Source: Labilithrix sp. (GTDB lineage Bacteria > Myxococcota_A > Polyangia > Polyangiales > Polyangiaceae). From it: 64,000 nt of DNA. Under the pieces are notes generated by a model. That model was not told where the DNA came from. It did not search any database and saw nothing but the letters and a program-made list of their open reading frames with translations. A program made the translations under genes and the position numbers. How positions within the stretch are numbered: position 1 is the stretch's first letter; each line of letters opens with the position of its first letter. The stretch lies in the NCBI GenBank assembly GCA_046351255.1, contig JAXLYU010000014.1, forward strand, positions 187,730 to 251,729, read 5' to 3'. Below, piece by piece: positions 40,475 to 49,763 of this stretch.

Positions 40475-40972
40475 TCAGGGCGGGCAGGGGCCGCAGTCGC
40501 GGACGCCGCCACAGCCGTCGTTCATGAGGCCGCACGTGACGCCGGCCTGCGCGCACGTCATCGGTGTGCACGTCGGAGGCGAGCCGCACTGGCTCGGGAC
40601 GCCGCCTCCGCCGCAGGTCTGGCCCGCCGGGCACGTGCCGCAGCTCATGAGGCCGCCACAGCCATTCGACTGCGGGCCGCAGCCGGCCCCGAGCTGGGCG
40701 CATGTCATGGGCGTGCACGAGGACTGACGCACGCATCGCCCCGCCACGCACGTGAGGCTGCGCGAGCACGTGCCGCACAGGAGGAGCCCGCCGCAGCCGT
40801 CCGCGGACGTACCGCACTGGACGCCGAGGCCTGCACACGTGCGCGGGACGCAAGCGGAGAGTCCGAGGTCGGTCTCGACCTCGACGCTCGGCGTGGTCGA
40901 CTCGCTGGGTGCGGTCGCGCACGCGCCGACCGCCAGCATCGCCGCGATGATCGAGATGGATGAACGGATCAT
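40475..40972 (-). CDS. Cys-rich repeat lipoprotein, family B
   Basis: ATG at 40972 (MIRSSISIIAAMLAVGAC, lipobox). Three repeats of T-C-A-x-x-G-x-x-C-G-x-x-x-D/N-G-C-G-G-x-x-x-C-G-x-C. The upstream 43 aa of the track ORF are extension. Confidence 0.6.
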   Translation of the reverse strand: MIRSSISIIAAMLAVGACATAPSESTTPSVEVETDLGLSACVPRTCAGLGVQCGTSADGCGGLLLCGTCSRSLTCVAGRCVRQSSCTPMTCAQLGAGCGPQSNGCGGLMSCGTCPAGQTCGGGGVPSQCGSPPTCTPMTCAQAGVTCGLMNDGCGGVRDCGPCPP

Positions 40973-40988
40973 GTCGTCGTCTCCTTCT

Positions 40989-41393
40989 TCAGGCGCCGCA
41001 CTGAAGGTTGCCGCCGCAGCCGTCCGGCACGAGGCCGACCCGCCCGGCGCACGTGTTCTTGACGCACGTGCACGTCCCCTCGTCGCGAAGCGAGTCGCCA
41101 TTGCACCGGTTGTTCGTCTTTCCGCCCGCCTGGCTGCACGGACAGGCGAAGCGCGTCCCGTTGCCCGCCGGATACACGGCGTTGTCGTTGCATGGGCTGC
41201 CGATCGCGCCGGTCCTTCCCAGGCTGCGGCACGTGTTCAGCGCCTGCTCCTCGAGCGGCGCCGCCGCGGGCGCGACGAGGACGGGCTCGCTCGGCGCCGG
41301 CTCGTCGTCCGCGATGGCGCAGCCCGCCGCCGGCGCCAGCGCCGTCAGAGCAATCACCAGACCGAGGGGCCTCACGCGCGTCCGCTTCGTCAT
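40989..41393 (-). CDS. Cys-rich lipoprotein, family B (one repeat unit)
   Basis: MTKRTRVRPLGLVIALTALAPAAGC has a lipobox. The C-terminus TCAGRVGLVPDGCGGNLQCGA carries the same unit as the downstream gene. The two genes are tandem with a 17-nt gap. Confidence 0.55.
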   Translation of the reverse strand: MTKRTRVRPLGLVIALTALAPAAGCAIADDEPAPSEPVLVAPAAAPLEEQALNTCRSLGRTGAIGSPCNDNAVYPAGNGTRFACPCSQAGGKTNNRCNGDSLRDEGTCTCVKNTCAGRVGLVPDGCGGNLQCGA

Positions 41394-41431
41394 GCTCGAG
41401 CGCTAGCAGCCGACGCTGCGGGCGCCGATGG

Positions 41432-42427
41432 TCATTTTTCTAGAGCCGCGTCTCCCGGGGCCGCCTGAAGGCCCCCCGCGAGGAGCCGGATCAGCTCGCC
41501 GCGCGAGCAGAGGCCCAGCTTTCGCAGCGCGGACTTCAGGCGGACCGCCACCGTCGCGAGCGGGACGCCGAGCTCGTACGCGATGTACTTGAAGGAGTGG
41601 CCGAGCGCAGCGTAGGTGGCGATCGCCTGCTCGTGGGGGGAGAGGAGGCGAACGGGGCTCACGCGCGGATCGTTGCGATGAGCGAGCAGCATGCGCTTCC
41701 CGTCGGCGTCGACGCGCTCCAGGATCGACCAGCGACCCTCGACGAGCGCGGTCCAGATCTCGACGCGCTCCTCCGAGGTCGCGCGCCGGAGCTTCGCGCC
41801 CTCGAGCCGCCGCACGGCGTCGATGAGCGGCGCGCGCACGGCCTCCTCCTTCGTGTCGCCCCGTGCATCGAGGACGCGCCCGTCCGGCGCGAGCACCGCG
41901 TCGACGGAAGGATGCTCCGCCGTCGGCTCGGTCCGGAGCAGCGCGCGCAGCCGCAGGGCGGAGCCGAGATGAGCGCCGATCGCGTCGAGGTGCGCGCGAT
42001 CCCGGGGCGTGGGCGCCTGACCGCGCTGGCAGTGGAAGACGAGCGTCGTCGTCTCGAGGCCGACATCGCCGCCAACGACCGCCCAGGCGTCTGGGGGCTC
42101 GGGAATCGCGCCGGCGTAGGAGCTTCCAAGCTCGCGATGGAGGCGCGGAAAGAAGTCCTGCGCCGACGAGAGCGGCATCGGCGCGTGGATGCGCCCGAAG
42201 TACGGGGCGGGCAGGAGCTCGGCCATCGCGTAGACCGCTCGTGTGGGTAAGCGCGTCCGGTTCGCGACCGCCTGGATCGCCGGCTTCGCGCCCACGTCCG
42301 CCGTGTACGCGGCGATGCCGTCGCCGAAGTCGTAGCCCTGCACCGCATCGACGATGCCCTCGAGCCATGGCTCGTGGTCCTTCGAGAACGCGTAGATCGC
42401 GTCGAGGGCGAGCAGCGGATCCTTCAT
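41432..42427 (-). CDS. LuxR-family transcriptional regulator with a 250-aa uncharacterised N-terminal domain
   Basis: The C-terminal HTH reads LSPHEQAIATYAALGHSFKYIAYELGVPLATVAVRLKSALRKLG. Confidence 0.7.
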   Translation of the reverse strand: MKDPLLALDAIYAFSKDHEPWLEGIVDAVQGYDFGDGIAAYTADVGAKPAIQAVANRTRLPTRAVYAMAELLPAPYFGRIHAPMPLSSAQDFFPRLHRELGSSYAGAIPEPPDAWAVVGGDVGLETTTLVFHCQRGQAPTPRDRAHLDAIGAHLGSALRLRALLRTEPTAEHPSVDAVLAPDGRVLDARGDTKEEAVRAPLIDAVRRLEGAKLRRATSEERVEIWTALVEGRWSILERVDADGKRMLLAHRNDPRVSPVRLLSPHEQAIATYAALGHSFKYIAYELGVPLATVAVRLKSALRKLGLCSRGELIRLLAGGLQAAPGDAALEK

Positions 42428-42431
42428 CCGA

Positions 42432-42731
42432 TCACGACCGGGCCGGGCGACGCGACATCGCGAGCACGAGCTCGTGGCGCGACCCGACGCCGAACTTCTC
42501 GAGGAGCGCCGCGACCTGATTCGCGACCGTGCGCGGCGACGTGCCGCGCTTCTTTGCGATCTCCGCGTTGGTCTTTCCGAGCGCGATTCCCCGAAGGATT
42601 TCCTCCTCCGACGCGCTCAGCGACGGCGGGGGCACGACGGGCCACGTGAGGATGGCGAGCCGTTCTCCTGCGACATCGGCGACCTCGATCTCGACGTCGT
42701 CTGGAACGACGATCTGCGGGGAGCGCTTCAC
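42432..42731 (-). CDS. Small LuxR-type HTH protein
   Basis: LSASEEEILRGIALGKTNAEIAKKRGTSPRTVANQVAALLEKFG is a classic LuxR/GerE HTH. The stop overlaps the start of the downstream LuxR gene. Confidence 0.55.
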   Translation of the reverse strand: MKRSPQIVVPDDVEIEVADVAGERLAILTWPVVPPPSLSASEEEILRGIALGKTNAEIAKKRGTSPRTVANQVAALLEKFGVGSRHELVLAMSRRPARS

Positions 42732-42828
42732 AGCAAGGTCAAGTGTTCACGTGGTCCCCACGAGCGCAATAGTCATTTTTCCAGCGGCACTTTGAAGCCG
42801 ATCGTCCCATCGCCGTAGGATCGGAGCC

Positions 42829-43863
42829 GTGGGGACACGCATCGAGCGGATCGTGGAGGCAGTGTACTCGTTCGGTGCGAGCGAGGAAGCATGGCTCGAA
42901 GGGGTGGTCGACGCGCTCGAGCCGTATCGACTGAGCGGCGGAGTCGTCGCGTACACCTCCTCGCTCGGCGAGGCGACGTCGCTTCGGACGCTCGTCAATC
43001 GTAGCGACGTGTCGTCGGCCGACGTGCGCGCGAACGCGCATAGCCAGCCACCGCCGCTCTACCGGCGCTTCCATTCGCCCATGCCGGTCAATTACAGCCC
43101 GCGCTTCTTTCCCCAGGTCGCCGACGAGTTCGGTATCGACTACGAGCGGGTCGTGCGGGAGCTGCCGTACGAGCTGCCCATCATGTGGGGCGTCTGCGGA
43201 GGCGACGCCGGGATCGAGAGCGCGCTCGTCACCTTCTCGTGCAAGGCGGGCGAAGAGCTCGCCGCGCGCGACCGCCGCACGCTCGACGCGGTCGGCGCGC
43301 ATCTCGGGTCGGCGCTCCGGCTGCGATCCGTCTTCTCGGGTTCGATCGCTCCTGCACGGTCCCCCTCCGGCGACCATCCCGCGGTCGAGGCCGTCCTCGC
43401 GCCCGACGGCAAGGTGCTCGAGGCGCGAGACGAGCTCCGTGACGCCGACGCGCGCGCGCCGCTCATCGACGCGCTCCGGCGGAGCGAGCGGGCGAGCCTG
43501 CGTCGCGCGACGCCCGAGGAGCGCCTCGACGTGTGGACGGCGCTCATCCAGTGCCGCTGGTCGATCGTGGAGACGGTCGAGCGCGACGGCAAGCGCATGC
43601 ACCTCGTCTGCCGCAACGATCCGCGCGGCGGCTCCCTTCGTGCGCTCACCGAACGCGAGCGCCTCGTCGTGAGCCTCGCCGCGCTCGGGCATCCGTACAA
43701 GTACGTCGCGTACGAGCTCGGGATCCCGCTCTCGAGCGTGGCCGCCACGCTGAAGACCGCGCTCGCGAAGCTCGGCCTCGCCTCGCGCGCGGAGCTGATT
43801 CGCCTCTACGCACGGGTCGTCGCGCAGGGGCCGGTGGGCGGACCTACCGAGCCGCCAGGCTGA
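42829..43863 (+). CDS. LuxR-family transcriptional regulator, paralogue of 41432..42427
   Basis: GTG start at 42829. The N-terminal blocks (AWLEGVVDALEPY..., DAVGAHLGSALRLR, APLIDALRRSE...RRATPEERLDVWTALIQCRWSIVE) are shared with the divergent paralogue. The C-terminal HTH reads LTERERLVVSLAALGHPYKYVAYELGIPLSSVAATLKTALAKLG. Confidence 0.7.
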   Translation: MGTRIERIVEAVYSFGASEEAWLEGVVDALEPYRLSGGVVAYTSSLGEATSLRTLVNRSDVSSADVRANAHSQPPPLYRRFHSPMPVNYSPRFFPQVADEFGIDYERVVRELPYELPIMWGVCGGDAGIESALVTFSCKAGEELAARDRRTLDAVGAHLGSALRLRSVFSGSIAPARSPSGDHPAVEAVLAPDGKVLEARDELRDADARAPLIDALRRSERASLRRATPEERLDVWTALIQCRWSIVETVERDGKRMHLVCRNDPRGGSLRALTERERLVVSLAALGHPYKYVAYELGIPLSSVAATLKTALAKLGLASRAELIRLYARVVAQGPVGGPTEPPG

Positions 43864-43884
43864 ACGCGTCTCGGTCGCGCGCGG

Positions 43885-44235
43885 TCAGTTCGAGCACGTG
43901 TGCGACTTGCACCCGTCGCTGCAACACTCGTCGTTGTCGTCGCAGGTCTCGCCGTTCGCCTTGCACGTCGGGCTCGGCGTCTTGGCGTCCTCCGGATCGT
44001 GCCGCGCATCCGTGGCGGACGCCTCCGTCGAGGCTTCGACCGGCGGCGGTCCCCCCGACGACACGTCGACCTCGTCCCCGCGAAGGGTCGCGCCGGACGA
44101 GCTGGCGCCGTCGGCTCGTCCTCCGTCGTCGGTCGCGGGAGAAGACGTGCCCGCGAGGTCGCCGGTGTCGACGAGCAGCGTGCATCCAGCGAGGAGGGCA
44201 CAGACGCACCATCCCGCGAGCAACGCTCTCCGCAT
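43885..44235 (-). CDS. Small lipoprotein with C-terminal knottin-like (inhibitor cystine knot) motif
   Basis: Lipobox MRRALLAGWCVCALLAGC, acidic and Ser-rich linker. The C-terminus CKANGETCDDNDECCSDGCKSHTC has C-x6-C-x5-CC-x3-C-x4-C spacing. Confidence 0.55.
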   Translation of the reverse strand: MRRALLAGWCVCALLAGCTLLVDTGDLAGTSSPATDDGGRADGASSSGATLRGDEVDVSSGGPPPVEASTEASATDARHDPEDAKTPSPTCKANGETCDDNDECCSDGCKSHTCSN

Positions 44236-44370
44236 TCGAACAGCGTATCCGTGTAACGACGATGAGCAACGAATGCGTGGATGGCGATCCAGATCGCCCT
44301 CGGCGCGTCTCGAAATGGCGGCCTACCGCGGTCGTGTGCGAAATGGTGCGGGCATTGCTGCATGCCGGGA

Positions 44371-44776
44371 ATGAAGCTCTCGCTCGCTACGCTGTCGGCA
44401 GCAATTTCGGTAATGACGCTAGGGGCTTGCGCCACCGCCGCCGCCGAGGACAGCGGCTCGACCGAGGAGCGTCACCGTCACGCAGCGCGCCTCGCCGCCG
44501 TCGGCGGGCGTCTCCGTCATTCACGTCTGCGTCGATGACGACCTCGACGCGTGCGCGACCAACACGGGCGCGCCCCCGATGCCCTTCACCGTCGACGTGC
44601 CCGCCGATGGGCGCGAGTCGGTCTACGAGATGAACCTGCGCGCTTCACGGAGCAGCGCGCCCGTGCGCGTGCATCGGTTCGTGCTCGGCGACGGCGCGCC
44701 TCGCATCGAGACCGATCTCGACTCCGCTCACGCGACGCCGTTCGTGGCGCGCGCGTCGTGGTCGCCGCCGAAGTAG
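44371..44776 (+). pseudogene. Possible frameshifted small secreted lipoprotein
   Basis: ATG at 44371 gives MKLSLATLSAAISVMTLGACATAAAEDSGSTEE, then Arg-rich nonsense to a stop at 44538. The +1 frame from about 44470 reads ...VTVTQRASPPSAGVSVIHVCVDDDLDACATNTGAPPMPFTVDVPADGRESVYEMNLRASRSSAPVRVHRFVLGDGAPRIETDLDSAHATPFVARASW to 44776. Alternatively only the 65-aa ORF 44579..44776 is real. Confidence 0.3.
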
Positions 44777-45633
44777 ATCCGCTTCATCAACCTCCGGTTG
44801 TGCACGAGCGGAGCGTCGAACTTGCCGAGGCGCATGCCCGTGAGCTCGAACGGTGTCTCCGCCACGTGGTGGATGAAGCGCTGATCGTCCATGACCTCGC
44901 TCGCGCCGATGCGCGGCACCACGGCGTGGACCACCGGCGCGAGGAAGCCGAAGGGCGCCTCGATCTTCGCATAGGCGATGACGTGGAGCACCGTCGTCCG
45001 CTCGTCGAGCGGGACGAAGTAGATCGCGAAGCGGCTCGTGACGGGGCGCCGGCGTCCGTCCGGGCTCTCCCAGTGCAGCGTGTACACCGTGCGCACCGGA
45101 TCGAGCGTCGTGACCCAGGCGTTGTGAAACGTGTCGCCCCATCGCACGAGGATGAGCGGCGTGAGCACGTGCGGGCGCTGGATGCCGCGGTAGCGCACCT
45201 TCGTGCGGTCCTCGAGCTTCTCGTACTCGAAGTCGACCTTCGCTGCGGCCGACTCCTGCCAGCCGAGGAAGGAGTGCACCCAGGGCGTGTGCTCGTCCTC
45301 GCTGAAGTTGTCGAAGGCCACGTGCTGCGGCGCCGGGAAGACGACGCGATCCGTGCCCGCGCGCTCGAAGCCCTCCGCGCGAAAGTCGACCGCGGGGCGC
45401 TCGGGCTCGGGGAAGCGCGCGTCCGCGAGCCAGATCGTCCCTTCGTGCTCGAGCACGCGGGGCCTTCGGTGCGCGGCCTCGCACTCCGCGCGCACCGCGG
45501 TCCCCGCGCGGCGGACACGATAGGTCTCGCCCGCGAGCTTCGTCGTGAGCTCGTCGCGCAGCTCCGTCGAGGTCGCGACCGGGTGATAGAAGCGCAGCAC
45601 GCTCTCCGGCGTCTTCGTCGTCGCGGTCATCAT
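44728..45633 (-). CDS. Hypothetical 301-aa protein, probable catalytic or partner subunit of the upstream Rieske-reductase fusion
   Basis: ATGATG at 45633 lies 33 nt after the upstream stop, so the genes are translationally coupled. Conserved His are present (HTPWVHSFLGW, HNAWVTTLDP, HWESPDG). No family could be named from memory. Confidence 0.55.
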   Translation of the reverse strand: MMTATTKTPESVLRFYHPVATSTELRDELTTKLAGETYRVRRAGTAVRAECEAAHRRPRVLEHEGTIWLADARFPEPERPAVDFRAEGFERAGTDRVVFPAPQHVAFDNFSEDEHTPWVHSFLGWQESAAAKVDFEYEKLEDRTKVRYRGIQRPHVLTPLILVRWGDTFHNAWVTTLDPVRTVYTLHWESPDGRRRPVTSRFAIYFVPLDERTTVLHVIAYAKIEAPFGFLAPVVHAVVPRIGASEVMDDQRFIHHVAETPFELTGMRLGKFDAPLVHNRRLMKRIYFGGDHDARATNGVA

Positions 45634-45666
45634 CGCATCACCTCAGGCATCACCTCACCCATCACG

Positions 45667-47052
45667 TCACGCATCGAGCACCACGTCTCCTCGCGGGACC
45701 GACACGCAGACGAGGCAGCCCGGCTCACGCGTGCGCGAGGTGCCGCTCTCCATCGTCTCCCCGCGCGTGACCGGGACGCGGCACGTCCCGCAGCTCCCGA
45801 CGCGACAGCCGTGCTCGAGGTCGATGCCGTGACGGTCGGCGAGCTCGAGGAGCGAGCCTTCGTTGGGGCTCCAACGAACCGTGCGCTGCGTGCGCGCGAA
45901 GGTGACGTCGCACTCGGGGAGGGCGGCCACCTCCGGGCCGAGCGTCGCGCGAAAGCGCTCGTAGTGGATGCGCTCGCGCGGGACCCCGCAGCGGACGGCG
46001 GCCCCGGTGAGGTCGTCGATCATGGCGCCGGGGCCGCAGAGGAGGAGGTGCGCCTCGGGCGAGGTCTCGAGCGCGCTCCGGAGCGCGGCCTCGTCGATCC
46101 GACGGCCGACGAAGAGGTGCGCGCCCTCGAGCTCCGCGCGCCGAAAGAGCTCGCGCTCGTGGCGGACGCCGTAGAGCAGCGTGACCGGTCGCTTCGCCGC
46201 CTTGCGCATGGCGAAGAGCGGCGTGATGCCGACGCCGCCCGCGACCAGCACGAGCGGATGGTCGCCCTTCGGGAGCACGAAGTCGCCGGCAGGATCGCCG
46301 AGCATGACCTGGTCACCGACCGCGAGCGCGTGCACGTGCGTCGAGACGAGCCCGGCGCGCTTCACGCTGATGCGTAGGCTCTCGCCGTTCGGCGTGTCGG
46401 ACAGCGAGTACGAACGTACGAGCATGCGGCCGTCGCGCTCGAGGCGGAGCGACACGTGCTGTCCGGCGCGAAAGGGCGGCACGTCGTGCGCGTTCGGATC
46501 GACGGGGACGAAGGTGAAGGACGCGATCGCGTCCGTCTCCGGCTCCACGCGCGCGACGCGATAGGGCCGATAGCGGGTCAGGCCGGGGAGCGCCGGCGAC
46601 ATGCGCGCGAGCTGCATCTCGCCCGCGCGCTGGCTCGTGAGGAAGCGGCGCTCGGCCGGGCGCACGTTCCACACCGCCTCGGGCGGCGCTCGCGTCGGCT
46701 CCGACTCGTGGTCGCCCGGCGGCGCGACGTGCACCACGCCGTGCTCCTCGCGCGCGACGAACGCGATCGTATCGCAGTCCGTGCGCTCCGGCTCGGACGG
46801 GCTCCGGCCGCGGCCTTCGCCGTCGAAGTTCCAGCCGTGATACGGACACGCCAGGCGTCCGTCCTCCCGCACGCGCCCCGCGCTGAGGGGCGCGAGGCGG
46901 TGCGGGCAGCGGTCGAGGAGCGCGGCCGCGCGGCCGCCCCTGTCGCGGAAGAGCACGAGCGCCGTGTCGTCGAACGAGACGCGCACGGGGATCGTCCCGA
47001 GCTCGCGCGACGCGACCACCGGGACGAAGCCCACCCACGCCCGTCGCTTCAT
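45667..47052 (-). CDS. Rieske [2Fe-2S] / FNR-type reductase / plant-type ferredoxin fusion oxidoreductase
   Basis: N-terminal Rieske motifs CPHRLAPLS...CPYHGWNF. Central FAD/NAD-binding region RSYSLSD, GGVGITP. C-terminal 2Fe-2S motif CRVGSCGTCRV. Confidence 0.8.
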   Translation of the reverse strand: MKRRAWVGFVPVVASRELGTIPVRVSFDDTALVLFRDRGGRAAALLDRCPHRLAPLSAGRVREDGRLACPYHGWNFDGEGRGRSPSEPERTDCDTIAFVAREEHGVVHVAPPGDHESEPTRAPPEAVWNVRPAERRFLTSQRAGEMQLARMSPALPGLTRYRPYRVARVEPETDAIASFTFVPVDPNAHDVPPFRAGQHVSLRLERDGRMLVRSYSLSDTPNGESLRISVKRAGLVSTHVHALAVGDQVMLGDPAGDFVLPKGDHPLVLVAGGVGITPLFAMRKAAKRPVTLLYGVRHERELFRRAELEGAHLFVGRRIDEAALRSALETSPEAHLLLCGPGAMIDDLTGAAVRCGVPRERIHYERFRATLGPEVAALPECDVTFARTQRTVRWSPNEGSLLELADRHGIDLEHGCRVGSCGTCRVPVTRGETMESGTSRTREPGCLVCVSVPRGDVVLDA

Positions 47053-47111
47053 GCGTTCCAGTCTCGCACGAGTCGGTGCGGGTCAGGGAGCGGCCGCACG
47101 CCGAAATCGCC

Positions 47112-49658
47112 TCAGTTCGGGCAGAGGTCGAAGCCGCTGGGGAGGGCGATCTCCGGCGTCGTCGCGTCGATCGACTCGATGAACGCGATGAGGTCGGCGC
47201 GATTCGTTTCCTTGCTCGGGTCGAAGTTCGGGGCGCCGGCCTTCCAGTGGCTGCCGAAGCTCGACGTCGAGAAGAGCGCCTCGAGCGTCGCCGCCTGGCC
47301 GTGGTGGAGGAACGGACCGCCGAGCGTCATGCCGTACAGCGAGGGCACGTTGTAGCCGCGGAAGCCCTGCGCGCGCGTCGGGGCGCCCGGACGCGCCTCG
47401 AGCGGCAGCGTCGCCGTCGCGTCGAGCGCGCCGTTCGCCTGGCGGATGCCGAACGTGCCGACGTTGCGGATGACGCACGAGAGCTGCAGCGGACGCTGCG
47501 CGACGTTGTCGGGATCGCCCTCCGCGCCGGGCTGCTGGAGCTGGATCCACGTCGTGTTCTTCGAGACGACGTCACCGGAGCTGAACTCCGGCGGCACCGG
47601 GTTCGCCGGGTTCGGGAAGATCGTCGTCGCGAGCGCGGTGTTGGTCGTCTCCGACGGCGTGAAGCCGCGGCGCGAGACGGTCCAGCCGGAGCCGCCGTGA
47701 CACTTGTCGCAGCGCGCGGTGGTCTTGAAGAGCTCGAGGCCGCGGGCGATGGCGGCCGCGTCACCGAAGCGCTTGCCAAGCGGCGGGCGCACCGTCTTCG
47801 CGTACTCGTTGATGTCGTCCCAGTCGGTGCGGAGGCAGTGCGCGCCGGTGGTGACGCCCTTCAGGCCGTCTGCGATCTCCTTGACCGCGGGAGCGCCGAG
47901 CGCGCCGGGGAGCGCGCCCGCCGCGTCGGTGCCGCGCCGCGTCTCCTTCGAGGGATCGGTGCAGTCTCCCGTCGCGGGCGCGTTCGTCACCGCGCCGAGG
48001 CCGCCGGACACACCGCGCGTGTTCGCCTCGAAGTCGTGCATCTCGTCGATGATGCCGGTCCAGTTGAAGAGGCGCTGCTTCTGCGTGCCGGGGCCGTGCG
48101 AGAACGACCCGTCCACGGAGGTGCTCTGGCGCGGGCCGGCCGCGAAGATCCAGGTCATGTTGTCACTGAATGCGTCGGGGTGACACGAGCCGCAGCTCGA
48201 CCACGCCTGACCGTTCGCGGTCGGTGCGGTGGTCGCGTTGCCGTTGCCCGACCAGCGGCCGCGACCGGTGAAGAAGAAGTGACGGCCGCGATCGATGTTG
48301 GTGGTGGCCGGCGCGGTGGACTCGACGACCGCGGCCACGTTCTGGCTGGTGAGGTCGAGGACAGCGAGGCGGTGCGAGCCCCAGCAGTTGACGTACGCCT
48401 TCTGCAGCTTGCTCGCGAGCGCGATGCCGTTCGGGTTGTGACACGCCTTCACGTCGCTCGCGACCGGCGCGCCCTGCACGTCGATCTGCTTCGCCTGCGG
48501 CGCGCCGATCGCGACCGCCGCGCCGCCGTAATCGACGCGCTCGATGACGTCCGCCGCGCGCGAGACGGTGTACGCGATCTTGGTCCCGGGGACGAAATCG
48601 ATGTCGACCGTGTCACCGAGGAAGAGCTTCGGGCCGGCGGGCAGCGCCTGGACGAGCTGCGTGAGGTTCGCGGAGCCGAGCGCGCCCGTGACCTCGGTCT
48701 TCGCCGTGAGGTCGCCGACGTACACGACGGCGTAGAGGTTCTTGTCGAAGCCGAGCGGCAACGCGGGGGACGACGAGATCGACGTGACGAAGACCTGGCT
48801 GCCGGAGACCGCGACGGAGAAGAGCTGGTTCGGCGAGGTCTTCTGCTCGAACGACGGCTCCGTGTTGGTGAACGGATTGAAGTCGATGGCGCCCTTCGCG
48901 GTGCCGTCCACGCCGAAGAGGCGCACGTGACCGATGCGTCCGTCGTTCTGGGCCTCCTTGCCGGCGACGGGCGAGCCGTAGAACTCGGTCACGACGACGG
49001 TCTCGTCGCTCTCGCTCGTGTCGCCGTTGTTCGTGACGAGCACCGCGCGGGGGTTGCGTACCGCGCCGCCCGACGTGCGGGTGAAGGTCGCGACGTCGAT
49101 CACGCCGAGGGTGCTCTCCGCGAACTCGGCCACGAAGAGCTTCGTGCCGCCGGGAGAGATCGCGATGCCGGTGGGCTCGGAGCCGACGGCCACCGTCTTC
49201 GTGATGCTTGGCGTGGCGGTGTCGATGCCGCTGATCTGGACGACGGTGGCGTCGCCGCGGTTCGCGACGAACGCGGTCTTGCCGTCGGCCGCGATCACGA
49301 TCGACGAGGGCTCCTTGCCGGTCTTGAACGCGGAGAGCCGCGTGTTGTCGGACGTCTTGAAGAAGGAGACCGAGCCGTCCTCCGGGTTGACCATGCCGAC
49401 GATGGCGTCGTCCTCGCTGATCGCGATGGTGCCGGACTTCGACGACCGCTTCGCGAAAGGCAGCGTGGTCGTGGCGTCCGTGCCGGCGTCCACGGGCGGG
49501 GACGTGCTGTCCTGGTTCCCGTTCGCGTCGGTGCCTCCCGCATCGACGCCAGGGGTGACGGGTGCGGTGTCGTCATCACCGCAGCTCGCGGTCGAGGCGG
49601 TGACCGCGCCGGCCATGGCGGCGGCGAGGAGGAGGGAACGATTAAGGATTCGACTCAT
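47112..49658 (-). CDS. Beta-propeller (YVTN-type) fused to di-haem cytochrome c peroxidase/MauG-like domain, lipoprotein
   Basis: Lipobox MSRILNRSLLLAAAMAGAVTASTASC. Repeated blades (TAFVANRGDATVV, KLFVAEFAESTLGV, KAYVNCWGSHRLAV). Two haem sites, CGSCH and CDKCH, are followed by a peroxidase-like C-terminus. Confidence 0.75.
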   Translation of the reverse strand: MSRILNRSLLLAAAMAGAVTASTASCGDDDTAPVTPGVDAGGTDANGNQDSTSPPVDAGTDATTTLPFAKRSSKSGTIAISEDDAIVGMVNPEDGSVSFFKTSDNTRLSAFKTGKEPSSIVIAADGKTAFVANRGDATVVQISGIDTATPSITKTVAVGSEPTGIAISPGGTKLFVAEFAESTLGVIDVATFTRTSGGAVRNPRAVLVTNNGDTSESDETVVVTEFYGSPVAGKEAQNDGRIGHVRLFGVDGTAKGAIDFNPFTNTEPSFEQKTSPNQLFSVAVSGSQVFVTSISSSPALPLGFDKNLYAVVYVGDLTAKTEVTGALGSANLTQLVQALPAGPKLFLGDTVDIDFVPGTKIAYTVSRAADVIERVDYGGAAVAIGAPQAKQIDVQGAPVASDVKACHNPNGIALASKLQKAYVNCWGSHRLAVLDLTSQNVAAVVESTAPATTNIDRGRHFFFTGRGRWSGNGNATTAPTANGQAWSSCGSCHPDAFSDNMTWIFAAGPRQSTSVDGSFSHGPGTQKQRLFNWTGIIDEMHDFEANTRGVSGGLGAVTNAPATGDCTDPSKETRRGTDAAGALPGALGAPAVKEIADGLKGVTTGAHCLRTDWDDINEYAKTVRPPLGKRFGDAAAIARGLELFKTTARCDKCHGGSGWTVSRRGFTPSETTNTALATTIFPNPANPVPPEFSSGDVVSKNTTWIQLQQPGAEGDPDNVAQRPLQLSCVIRNVGTFGIRQANGALDATATLPLEARPGAPTRAQGFRGYNVPSLYGMTLGGPFLHHGQAATLEALFSTSSFGSHWKAGAPNFDPSKETNRADLIAFIESIDATTPEIALPSGFDLCPN

Positions 49659-49763
49659 GGCCGCCCGACGGCAACGTCCGTGCCCGCGATCCCCCCCGCT
49701 AGACGCGCGAAATGCTGGGCTTGGCCGGTGGTCGACCGGTGGTCGGCCAGTGGTCGACCAGGC

